A stretch of 64,000 bases of DNA from an uncultured Candidatus Rokubacteria bacterium (GTDB lineage Bacteria > Methylomirabilota > Methylomirabilia > Rokubacteriales > DASRDR01). The translations under genes and the position numbers were made by a program. Each line of letters opens with the position of its first letter. Positions within the stretch are counted from its first letter, which is position 1. Below are positions 1-8,518 of the stretch, piece after piece. The notes beneath the pieces were generated by a model, which saw only the letters and a list, made by a program, of their open reading frames with translations, was not told where the DNA came from and did not search any database. The stretch covers positions 1 to 64,000 of the forward strand of contig CAVPSB010000020.1 of NCBI GenBank assembly GCA_963708025.1, in the 5' to 3' direction.

Positions 1-221
1 GATCGCGGGCTAGATTGGCGCCGGGTCGAGCATCCCCGGCGCTGGCCGGGGCCTGGGAGGGCATGCCATGGCTGGCAAGGCGCGACGGACCACCCACCGC
101 AGCAGCACCGGCATGCAGCTCTACGCCGTCTGCGATGCGAAGGGCCGCTTCAAGGACGGGGCGGACATCAAGCGGCGGGCCAAGGGCGAGCCGACGCGTA
201 AGAGCCGAAGTAAGTAGGCTC

Positions 222-250
222 TTGACAGCGCCGCGAGGCTGTCCCATCAT
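222..250 (+). promoter_or_regulatory. sigma70-type promoter for the GntR operon
   Basis: TTGACA (222-227), 17 bp spacer, CATCAT (245-250), about 40 bp upstream of the ATG at 291. Confidence 0.5.
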
Positions 251-264
251 CCAGCATCACGTCT

Positions 265-279
265 CGGACATTATGTCTG
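265..279. promoter_or_regulatory. candidate GntR operator palindrome
   Basis: GACAT-T-ATGTC inverted repeat (267-277) between the promoter and the GntR start. Confidence 0.35.
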
Positions 280-290
280 GTGAAGGCCCG

Positions 291-1046
291 ATGAATCTGT
301 CTCTCGTAGGGACCGCCGTGATCCCGCCTCTCTCGTCCCGTGTGACCGTCAAGGACTCCGTCTACCGGACGCTTCGCGACCTGATCCTGGACGGCGCACT
401 CACGCCCGGGGCTCGCCTCGTGGAGGCTGAGCTCGGGCGTCAGCTCGGAACGAGCAGCACTCCCATCCGCGAGGCGCTCCTCACGCTGGCGGCGGACGGC
501 CTGGTGACGCTCTCTCCGCACCAGGGGGCTCACGTCAGCCGCCTGGCGTACGCCGAGATCGAGGAGCGCCTCTTCATGCGGGACGCCCTCGAGGCGGCGG
601 CGATGGAACGCGTGGTGCGGAACCTCGTGGACGGAGACCTGGCCATGGCGCGCCGTCACCTCGACGAGATGCGCCGGGCCATGGAAGCGGGCGACGCCCG
701 GACATACCGGGCGGCTCAGCGCGCCTCGCGGGAGGCATGGCTGGCGGCGGCCCGGTACCCTCGACTGACCAAGGTGATCCTCGACTTGCAGGATCAGGAC
801 GCCCGGGTGTCGCTGTTCCTGATCACGCGTCGGTCGGAGCGATGGGCCGAGGACTTCAAGGCCAGCCGGCAGCGCCTCGAGGCGATCGCCGCCCGCGACG
901 CGCGGCGGGCCACCGCGATCACCCGCGCGTGGCACGATCGTCTGCTCCGTGAGATCCGACGAGCCATCCGCCGCGACGAGGACGGCGTGAGGGCGCTGCT
1001 CGCCGACGGCGCGGCGCTACCGGCCGAGATGGATGACGAGGAGTGA
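291..1046 (+). CDS. GntR (FCD) family transcriptional regulator
   Basis: wHTH motif VYRTLRDLILDGALTPGARLVEAELGRQLGTSSTPIREAL plus an FCD-like C-terminus. Confidence 0.9.
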   Translation: MNLSLVGTAVIPPLSSRVTVKDSVYRTLRDLILDGALTPGARLVEAELGRQLGTSSTPIREALLTLAADGLVTLSPHQGAHVSRLAYAEIEERLFMRDALEAAAMERVVRNLVDGDLAMARRHLDEMRRAMEAGDARTYRAAQRASREAWLAAARYPRLTKVILDLQDQDARVSLFLITRRSERWAEDFKASRQRLEAIAARDARRATAITRAWHDRLLREIRRAIRRDEDGVRALLADGAALPAEMDDEE

Positions 1047-1056
1047 GGAGCGCGAC

Positions 1057-1887
1057 ATGCTGACCGAGAGCCAGAAGGCGCTCTACCGCGACCAGGGTTA
1101 CCTCGTCGTCCCCGACGTCCTGTCGGCGGCGGAGCTGGCGAAGCTTCGGGAGGTCACCGACCGACTCCTCGCCGAGGCGGCGCGAGTCGGTGAGAGCACG
1201 GGGGCCTTCCTGTTGGAGAAGAACGCGCCGCCGGGCAAGGCGCTCGTTTGGCGGGTCTTCGACCCGGTCGCGCTCGACCCGTACTACTTCGAGATCGCCC
1301 GGCACCCTCGCGTGCTGGACGCCGTCGAGGACCTCATCGGTCCGAGCATCCAGCTCCACAACAGCAACATGCACCTCAAGCTCCCGGAGCACGGCGGCGA
1401 GGTGGACTGGCACCAGGACTTTCCCTACCTCCCCCACACGAACTTCGACCTCCTGAACACCATGATCATGCTTGACGACTCCACCCCCGAGAACGGCTGC
1501 CTGAACGTCATCCCCGGGAGCCATCGAGGAGGCCCGCTCAATCACGGCTCCCCCGGCACGGCCGCGACGAACTTCACGCTGAGCGCGGCCCAGCGGGCCG
1601 TCGGACAGCCCGTCGACGACGTCGTGGTTCCCGCCGGCGGGATGTCGATCCACCACTGCCTGACGCTCCACAGCTCCCGTCCGAACCGGTCGATCAAGGC
1701 CCGCCGGGCCTTGATCTTCACGTTTCGAGCGGCCGATGCCGTGCAGCTCGGAGGCCGCACGAACTACGCCGGCTTCGGGACGCAGCTCCGGGGCGAGAAC
1801 CCGTACCGAGCCCGGCTCGTGGCGGGTGTCCTCGACTTGCCGCGAGAGAGCACGGATCCCCGAGCCAAGAAGGCCGCGACCGCGTGA
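1057..1887 (+). CDS. phytanoyl-CoA dioxygenase (PhyH) family Fe(II)/2-oxoglutarate dioxygenase
   Basis: WHQD metal motif, LDDSTPENGCLNVIPGSH, distal H in LTLHSS, RRAL motif; RBS GAGGAG. Confidence 0.9.
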   Translation: MLTESQKALYRDQGYLVVPDVLSAAELAKLREVTDRLLAEAARVGESTGAFLLEKNAPPGKALVWRVFDPVALDPYYFEIARHPRVLDAVEDLIGPSIQLHNSNMHLKLPEHGGEVDWHQDFPYLPHTNFDLLNTMIMLDDSTPENGCLNVIPGSHRGGPLNHGSPGTAATNFTLSAAQRAVGQPVDDVVVPAGGMSIHHCLTLHSSRPNRSIKARRALIFTFRAADAVQLGGRTNYAGFGTQLRGENPYRARLVAGVLDLPRESTDPRAKKAATA

Positions 1888-1904
1888 TTCCCGAGGAGGG
1901 ACCC

Positions 1905-3065
1905 ATGAGAAGGATCCGGCAGGTCACCGCGCTCCTGGTCGGGCTCATGCTCGTGGGGCTCGCCACGGGCGACCACGCACTGGCGCAGGCGGACCGGAAG
2001 ACCATCAAGATCGGCATGCTTCAGATGCTGACCGGGGACCTTGCCCGGTACGGCATTCCCCTCCGGGACGCGGGACTCTACGCCGTCGAGGAGCTGAACG
2101 CCACCGGGGGCATCAACGGGCGCAAGGTCGAGGTCCTCCTGGAGGACGTGGGCTCGACGCCCCAGGGCTCCGTCCAGGCCGCCCTCAAGCTCATCCAGCG
2201 GGACCGGGTGGACGCGCTCATGCAGGGCGGGACGAGCGGACACACCCTGGCGACGATCCCGGTGGCGGACGAGCACAAGATCGTGATGGCCAACATGTCC
2301 ACGGCCGAGAACATCACGCAGCAGGGCTCGAAGTGGACGTTCCGGGTGGCCCGTGTGCCGAACAGCATCCTGGACCGGAAGTTCGCCCAGTACGTGGCCA
2401 AGGAGATGAAGCTCCAGCGGGTCGCGGCCCTCTACGGCAACGACGAGATGGGTCGGGACGCGGCCACGATCTTCCTCAAGGCGCTCGAGGCCCAAGGCGT
2501 CAAGCCGGTCGCGGTCGAGCAAGTCCAGGTGGGCGACCCGGACGTGAGCGCCCAGGTCACGCGGGTCAAGGCCGCGAGCCCGCAGGCCATCTTCGTCCAG
2601 GGCCACAGCAACGAGGCCACGAAAATCATCCGGACCGTCCGTCAGCTCATCCCGGGCCCCGTCACCATCCTGGGCTTCGACCAGATGACGACGAGCAAGT
2701 TCATCGAGGAGAGCGGGGGGGCGGCGAATCTCGAGGGCATGATCTACCGCACCGGGATCCTCGGGGAGCAGTCGGGCGACAAGGACCTCCAGGCCTTCGT
2801 CGCGAAGTGGAAGGCGCGCTACCCCAACTCCGACACGCTGTTGCCCATGATCCAGTACGCGGGGATGCAGGTGCTCTTCGAGGCGGTGCGCCAAGCGGGG
2901 AACAACCTGAGCCGCGAGGGCATCCGGGACGCCTTCTACAAGGTGCAGAACTTCAAGACCATCCTCGGCCCGGTGAGCGTCCAGCCTGACGGCGAGACGG
3001 TGAACGTCGTCCACATCATGAAGCTCGTCAACGGCAAGGGCGAAATCGTCCGCGAGAACTACTAG
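1905..3065 (+). CDS. branched-chain amino acid type ABC substrate-binding protein
   Basis: Signal peptide, TIKIG..LTG, AVEELNATGGINGRKVEV; RBS GAGGAGG. Confidence 0.9.
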   Translation: MRRIRQVTALLVGLMLVGLATGDHALAQADRKTIKIGMLQMLTGDLARYGIPLRDAGLYAVEELNATGGINGRKVEVLLEDVGSTPQGSVQAALKLIQRDRVDALMQGGTSGHTLATIPVADEHKIVMANMSTAENITQQGSKWTFRVARVPNSILDRKFAQYVAKEMKLQRVAALYGNDEMGRDAATIFLKALEAQGVKPVAVEQVQVGDPDVSAQVTRVKAASPQAIFVQGHSNEATKIIRTVRQLIPGPVTILGFDQMTTSKFIEESGGAANLEGMIYRTGILGEQSGDKDLQAFVAKWKARYPNSDTLLPMIQYAGMQVLFEAVRQAGNNLSREGIRDAFYKVQNFKTILGPVSVQPDGETVNVVHIMKLVNGKGEIVRENY

Positions 3066-3127
3066 CCGCCGAGCCGCCCGCCCGCCTGGGATCGGGCCGA
3101 GCGGGCGTGCGGGCGACCGCGACCCCG

Positions 3128-4003
3128 GTGATCCTCGCGCAGCAGCTCATCAACGGCCTCACGCTGGGCAGCATCTACGCGCTGGTGGCCATCGGCCTGT
3201 CCCTGATCTGGGCCACCGCGAAGCTGCTCGACTTCGCGTTCGGCGAGGTGTTCATGCTGGGGGGCATCCTCACGTGGACGTTCGCGGTGGGGGCCGGCCT
3301 GCCGCTCGTGGTCAGCATGGCCCTGGCCCTCGCCCTCTGCGCGGGCCTCGGCTGGCTCGTGGAGCGCGGCCTCTACTTCCGGCTGTTCGACGCCGATCAC
3401 GTCATCGTCCTGATCGCGACCATCGGCATGTCGATGATCCTGAAGGACGGGGCCACGAAGATCTGGGGCTCGGAGACGCGGGTGTTCCCGGTGCTGTTCG
3501 CGGGCACGTGGCACGTCGGGGACCTCGTGATCCGCACCCACTTCGTCTTCATCATCGGCGCGGCCGTGGTCCTGATCGGCGTCTTCCACGCCCTGATCGG
3601 CTACACGCGGATGGGGCTCGCGCTCCGGGCCGTCGCCGAGAACCGCCGGGTGGCGGCCATGATGGGGGTGCGGGTGGTCCGGATGCTGGCGGTCGCGTTC
3701 GGGATCAGCTATCTCCTCGGGGCCGCTGCCGGGGCCCTCATCGGCCCGATCCACTACATCGCCACGACCGGGGGCACCACGATGATGATCAAGGGCGTGG
3801 CCGCCGCCGTCCTCGGCGGCTTCGGGAGCCTGCCCGGTGCCCTGGTCGGGGGGCTGGCCATCGGGCTCCTCGAGGCCTTGGCGGCAGGCTTCGTGTCGTC
3901 CGCCTTCAAGGATGTCATCGTGTTCGCGGTGTTCATCGGGGTGCTGTTCCTCCGGCCGGCGGGACTGCTCGGTGCCCGGGCCCAAGGCGTGTCGGAGCTG
4001 TGA
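3128..4003 (+). CDS. livH: branched-chain amino acid ABC permease
   Basis: QQLINGLTLGSIYALVAIGLSLI, TRMGLALRAVAEN, LRPAGLLG. Confidence 0.9.
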   Translation: MILAQQLINGLTLGSIYALVAIGLSLIWATAKLLDFAFGEVFMLGGILTWTFAVGAGLPLVVSMALALALCAGLGWLVERGLYFRLFDADHVIVLIATIGMSMILKDGATKIWGSETRVFPVLFAGTWHVGDLVIRTHFVFIIGAAVVLIGVFHALIGYTRMGLALRAVAENRRVAAMMGVRVVRMLAVAFGISYLLGAAAGALIGPIHYIATTGGTTMMIKGVAAAVLGGFGSLPGALVGGLAIGLLEALAAGFVSSAFKDVIVFAVFIGVLFLRPAGLLGARAQGVSEL

Positions 4004-4998
4004 CGGAGCCGGGCGGGGGAGCGGCGGAGACGGGGCCGGTCCCGCGCGGCGTTCGGGGGATCGGGCTCGCGGCCCTCGTCGGCGTATGTGGCCTCGCGGT
4101 GGCGGGACCCGCACTGATCGGCTCCGAGGACTACCTGCTCTTCAACGCGAACGTGGCGATGGTCTATCTCCTGCTCGCCACCGGGTACAACATCCTCCTC
4201 GGGATGTGCGGCCAGCTCGCTCTGTCCCACGTCGCATTCTTCGGGATCGGGGCGTACGCCTCTGCCCTGGCGACCCGCGATGCAGGGCTGCCGTACCCGG
4301 TGGCCCTTGGCCTGGCGCTCCTCTTGCCGACGGCCTGCGCGTGGGTCATGGCGCGTGCGGCGGTGCGGTTCGTCGGTCCGTACCTCGCGATGATCACCTT
4401 CGCATTCCACTCGATGGCCCTGACGGTCTTCATCAACTGGACCGAGGTGACGAACGGCTGGGGGGGCCTGTCCCGGATCCCCCCGATCCGGCTCGGCGGC
4501 TTCGCCGTGAACACGCCCATCCGCGCCTACTACGTGCTGCTCGCCGCTTCGGCCGCCGCGCTCTACGTGGCCTACCGGCTGAAGTACTCCCGCACCGGCC
4601 GGGCCTTCTTCGCGATCCGAGAGAACCGCCTGGCCGCCAAGGGCGTGGGGATCGACACGACCCGGACGATCACGCTCGCCTTCTGCCTGAGCGGGCTCTT
4701 CGCGGGCCTGGCCGGGAGCCTCCACGCCCACCTGGTGCGCTACATCGATCCCACCTCGTTCGGGCTCCAGCAGCTCATCGACCTGCTCGTGATCTTGATC
4801 GTCGGAGGGCGGGGCAGCCTTGTCGGGGTGAGCATCACGGCCATCGCGTTTGTTTTCGGGCTCGAGTACCTGCGCTTCCTCCAGGACTGGAAGCTCATGG
4901 TCTTCGGTTCGGGGCTCATCCTGCTGGTCAACGCGAGCCCGGAAGGGATCGGCGCGCTCGCCCGCCAGCTCCGCTCCCCGCGGGTGACCGCGCGATGA
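4000..4998 (+). CDS. livM: branched-chain amino acid ABC permease
   Basis: GYNILLGMCGQLALSHVAFFGIGAY, SRTGRAFFAIREN; GTGA overlap with livH. Confidence 0.88.
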   Translation: MTEPGGGAAETGPVPRGVRGIGLAALVGVCGLAVAGPALIGSEDYLLFNANVAMVYLLLATGYNILLGMCGQLALSHVAFFGIGAYASALATRDAGLPYPVALGLALLLPTACAWVMARAAVRFVGPYLAMITFAFHSMALTVFINWTEVTNGWGGLSRIPPIRLGGFAVNTPIRAYYVLLAASAAALYVAYRLKYSRTGRAFFAIRENRLAAKGVGIDTTRTITLAFCLSGLFAGLAGSLHAHLVRYIDPTSFGLQQLIDLLVILIVGGRGSLVGVSITAIAFVFGLEYLRFLQDWKLMVFGSGLILLVNASPEGIGALARQLRSPRVTAR

Positions 4999-5804
4999 AC
5001 GCGGCGGCCGGCCTCCCGCTCCTCGCCGTGCGCGGCCTCACCAAGCGGTTCGGGGGGCTGATCGCGGTCGACGGGGTGGACCTCGCGATCGCGCCCGGCG
5101 AGATCGTGAGCCTGATCGGCCCCAATGGCTCGGGCAAGACGACGCTCTTCCACTGTGTGACCGGCTTCTACCGCCCCGAATCGGGCTCGATCCTCCTCGC
5201 CGACCGAGAGCGTCCCGTGGAGCTCGTCGGCCGTCCCCCCCACGAGATCCGCGCCCTCGGCGTGGCGCGGACCTTCCAGACGCGTGAGCTGTTCGGGCGG
5301 ATGAGCCTCCTCGACAACATGCTGGCGGCCATGCACACGCGCCTGCGCGCCCGATGGGTCGACGCCGTCGCCGGCCGCCGCGCCACGCGCGAGGAGGAGC
5401 GGCGAGCTCGCGAGCGGGCCGCGGAGATCCTCGCGATGTTCCCGGGACGGTTCCCCCCCGAGCGCTGGCCCGAGCCGGCGGCCGCGCTGTCCTTCGCGAA
5501 CCGGTGCCGGCTGGAGATCGCGATGGCCCTCGCCTCCGAGCCCCGGCTCCTCCTGGTGGACGAGCCGGCCGCCGGGCTCAATCCGCACGAGCGGGTCGAG
5601 ATCATGGAGACGCTTCGGGCCATCCGCGCCCGCGGCTACACGATCCTGCTCGTCGAGCACAACATGCGGGTGGTGACGGGCGTCTCCGACCGGATCGTGG
5701 TGTTCGACCGGGGCCGGAAGATCGCCGACGGTCCCCCCGCCGCGGTGATGCAGGACTCCGCCGTCACCGAGGCCTACCTCGGCACGGAGTTCGACGTTGC
5801 TTGA
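4995..5804 (+). CDS. livG: ABC ATP-binding protein
   Basis: KRFGGLIAVD, Walker A GPNGSGKT, Walker B LLLVDEP, EAYLG end; atypical signature LSFAN. Confidence 0.9.
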   Translation: MNAAAGLPLLAVRGLTKRFGGLIAVDGVDLAIAPGEIVSLIGPNGSGKTTLFHCVTGFYRPESGSILLADRERPVELVGRPPHEIRALGVARTFQTRELFGRMSLLDNMLAAMHTRLRARWVDAVAGRRATREEERRARERAAEILAMFPGRFPPERWPEPAAALSFANRCRLEIAMALASEPRLLLVDEPAAGLNPHERVEIMETLRAIRARGYTILLVEHNMRVVTGVSDRIVVFDRGRKIADGPPAAVMQDSAVTEAYLGTEFDVA

Positions 5805-6501
5805 GGTTCGGGGCGTTCGAGCGGGGTACGGGGGCCTGGAAGTCCTTCACGGCATCGACCTCGACGTCCGGCGCGGCGAGGTGGTCTGCCTCCTCGGCAA
5901 CAACGCCGCCGGGAAGACCACCCTCGTGAATGTGATCCTAGGGCTGGTCCCCGTCACCGCCGGGACGGTCACCTTCCTCGACCAGCGCGTCAACGGCTGG
6001 CCACCCGACCGGATCATCGGCTGTGGCGTCGCGGTGGTGCCCGAGAACGGGCAGGTCTTCACGGGGCTGACGGTCCTCGAGAACCTCCGGATGGGACTCT
6101 ATCTGAAGCGGGGCGACCACGACGGCGCCGCCGCCCTTCGGCGGGTGTTCGCGCGCTACCCCGTCCTGGAGGAGCGGCAGCGCCAGACCGCCGGTCTCCT
6201 CAGCGGGGGGGAGCGGCAGATGCTGGCGGTCGCGCGCGCGCTGGTGTCCGACCCGCGCATGCTCATCATGGATTCGCCCTCGATGGGTCTCGCGCCACGG
6301 TACGTCCACCAGCAGTTCCGGACCATCCGGCAGCTCAACCGGGAACACGGCGTGACGGTGCTGCTCGTCGAGCAGAACGCCAACATGGCACTCGCGCTCG
6401 CCGATCGGGGCTACGTCCTGCAGAACGGCGAGGTGGCGCTCGCCGGGGACGCGAAGGAGCTCCTGCGGAACGAACAGATGCGGCTCGCGTACCTCACCTG
6501 A
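5797..6501 (+). CDS. livF: ABC ATP-binding protein
   Basis: Walker A GNNAAGKT, LSGGERQMLA, LLVEQNA; Walker B reads LIMDSP. Confidence 0.9.
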   Translation: MLEVRGVRAGYGGLEVLHGIDLDVRRGEVVCLLGNNAAGKTTLVNVILGLVPVTAGTVTFLDQRVNGWPPDRIIGCGVAVVPENGQVFTGLTVLENLRMGLYLKRGDHDGAAALRRVFARYPVLEERQRQTAGLLSGGERQMLAVARALVSDPRMLIMDSPSMGLAPRYVHQQFRTIRQLNREHGVTVLLVEQNANMALALADRGYVLQNGEVALAGDAKELLRNEQMRLAYLT

Positions 6502-6531
6502 GGGCGTCCGCCGTCGAACGGGAGGCGATGC

Positions 6532-6942
6532 ATGGAGAAGAAGCAAGTGATCGGCGGCCGAATCCTCGTCGGAGGGGTGCATCCGATGCCGTTGTCGGAG
6601 GCGATCCGGGCTGGTGACTGGGGGTTGGTTTCCGGGCAGACCGCCATCGATGCAACGGGTTCGGTCCTCGCCGGGAGCGTCGCGGCCCAGACGCGCCGGG
6701 TCCTCGAAGGGATCCAGGCCGTCCACGAGGACGCCGGCTCGACCCTGACCGAGGTCGTCAAGACGACGGTAGGGCTCGCCGATCCCCGCACCGTCTGGAG
6801 CTTCAACCGCGTCAACGCGGGGGTCTTCCCGGAGGCGCCCCCGGCGCGCTCGACGGTCCGGGCGGACCTCATGCTCGACGGCCGGGTGGAGATCGAGGCC
6901 CTCGCGTACAGCCCGCGGGCGGCGGACGGGGGTGCGCGATGA
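6532..6942 (+). CDS. RidA/YjgF family enamine/imine deaminase
   Basis: VSGQT, VVKTTV, PPARSTV (conserved Arg), VEIEALAY. Confidence 0.88.
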   Translation: MEKKQVIGGRILVGGVHPMPLSEAIRAGDWGLVSGQTAIDATGSVLAGSVAAQTRRVLEGIQAVHEDAGSTLTEVVKTTVGLADPRTVWSFNRVNAGVFPEAPPARSTVRADLMLDGRVEIEALAYSPRAADGGAR

Positions 6943-8270
6943 CCGGGAACGCCTGGATGCAGGACATCCTCGCCCTCGAGCTGGACGCCCGGACCAAGGG
7001 GATTCCGCTCGCGACCGGTCGCGTGCGACTGGGCGACGTGGGGAAGCAAGGCTGGAACCTCCTCCACGGTGACCTGATGTTCCCCGTGCTTGCCCTCCGA
7101 GACGGTCGCATGCGTCAGAACCTTCGGGTCCTCCGGGACTTCGCCCGGCATCACCAGGTTGACCTGGCCCCGCACGGGAAGTCGACGATGTCCCCGCAGC
7201 TCTACCAGGACCAGATCGAGGTCGGCGGCGCCTGGGGGATCACGGCCGCGACCATCCAGCAGTGCGCGGTCGTCGCGGCGAGCGGCGTGCCGAACGTGAT
7301 CATCGCCAACGAGATCGTGGGGCGAGCGAACGTGGCGCAGCTCGCGGGACTGAAGCGCGCGTACCCGCACACCGCGATCTACAGCCTCGTCGACTCCGTC
7401 GAGGTCGTCGAGCACCTCGTCCGCCATGGCGGGTCGGCGCTCGCGCCCGGGACCCGCTTCCAGGTGCTGCTCGAGCTTGGCTATGCGGGAGGCCGGACCG
7501 GCGCTCGGACCATGGAGCGGGCCCTGGCGGTCCTCGACGCCGTCGGAGCGCACCGGGACGTCCTGGAGCTTGCCGGGATCGAGTGCTATGAGGGCACCAT
7601 CAACCTCGAGGGAGCCGACGAGACAATCCAAGCGGTGGACCGCTTCCTCGAGTTCGTGCTGGAGGTGCTCGGTCACGCCCGACAGCGCAACGCCTTCACG
7701 GGGCGGGCGGAGGTCTTCCTCACGGCCGGCGGATCTTCCTACTTCGATCGCGTCGCGGCCACGTTCACGCCGGCCCGTCGCGGCCCGGGAACCCGCGTGG
7801 TGCTCCGCGGGGGCTCATACCTCACCTACGACCACGGCTTCTACCGGCGGAAGATGGGTGAGCTCCAGCATCGCGGCGGCATCGCGACCGCGGCGGGCGT
7901 TCTCGACCCGACGGTAGCCCTTCAGCCCGCGCTCGAGCTCTGGGCGCTTGTCCAGGCGCTCCAGGACCCGGGCACGGCCATCATGACCATGGGGATCCGC
8001 GATCTCCCCTACGATCTGGGCTACCCGTTCCCACTCCGCCAGTACCGGGACGGGAAGCCGCTCGCGGAGGTCGCCGACACCGGGTACGCCATCGTCAACT
8101 CGAACGACCAGCACTGCTACCTGCGGTATCCAGCCGGGGCCGACATCCGGATCGGGGATCTGTTCGCCTTCGGCATCTCGCATCCGTGCACGGCCTTCGA
8201 CAAGTGGGACGTGCTGTACCGAGTGGACGAGGAGTTCAACGTGATCGGGGCAGTCAAGACGTTCTTCTAG
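6939..8270 (+). CDS. PLP-dependent fold-type III enzyme, D-serine dehydratase-like amino acid deaminase
   Basis: LAPHGKSTMSPQ (PLP Lys), GRTGAR, YEG, DQHCY, GISHPCTAFDKW. Confidence 0.85.
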   Translation: MTGNAWMQDILALELDARTKGIPLATGRVRLGDVGKQGWNLLHGDLMFPVLALRDGRMRQNLRVLRDFARHHQVDLAPHGKSTMSPQLYQDQIEVGGAWGITAATIQQCAVVAASGVPNVIIANEIVGRANVAQLAGLKRAYPHTAIYSLVDSVEVVEHLVRHGGSALAPGTRFQVLLELGYAGGRTGARTMERALAVLDAVGAHRDVLELAGIECYEGTINLEGADETIQAVDRFLEFVLEVLGHARQRNAFTGRAEVFLTAGGSSYFDRVAATFTPARRGPGTRVVLRGGSYLTYDHGFYRRKMGELQHRGGIATAAGVLDPTVALQPALELWALVQALQDPGTAIMTMGIRDLPYDLGYPFPLRQYRDGKPLAEVADTGYAIVNSNDQHCYLRYPAGADIRIGDLFAFGISHPCTAFDKWDVLYRVDEEFNVIGAVKTFF

Positions 8271-8295
8271 GTAGTCGAGGTGGCTGCGACGCCCC

Positions 8296-8376
8296 TAGTG
8301 TCCGAAACTCATCCCATGCTCAGGCCGCGCCACTGCGTGGCCTGAGGCGGAGCGCGGGATGAGTCTTCGGACACTA
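8296..8376. repeat. 81 bp palindromic REP/MITE-like element; could also act as a bidirectional terminator
   Basis: Terminal IR TAGTGTCCGAA-ACTCATCCC / GGGATGAGTCTTCGGACACTA (one indel) and internal hairpin CTCAGGCCGCGC..GCGTGGCCTGAG, between convergent operons. Confidence 0.7.
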
Positions 8377-8518
8377 CGCAAGCCATGTTTCTCTGTCTTC
8401 GCCCAGGTATGCTCAGCTCCTGGGCGAGAGCGCGGCTGGATGGTAGACGCTGGAGAACCTAACGGCGCGTGGCCAGTGGATGATGGGCCGCCGCGACGAG
8501 GCTATGCGGCTGCGACGC

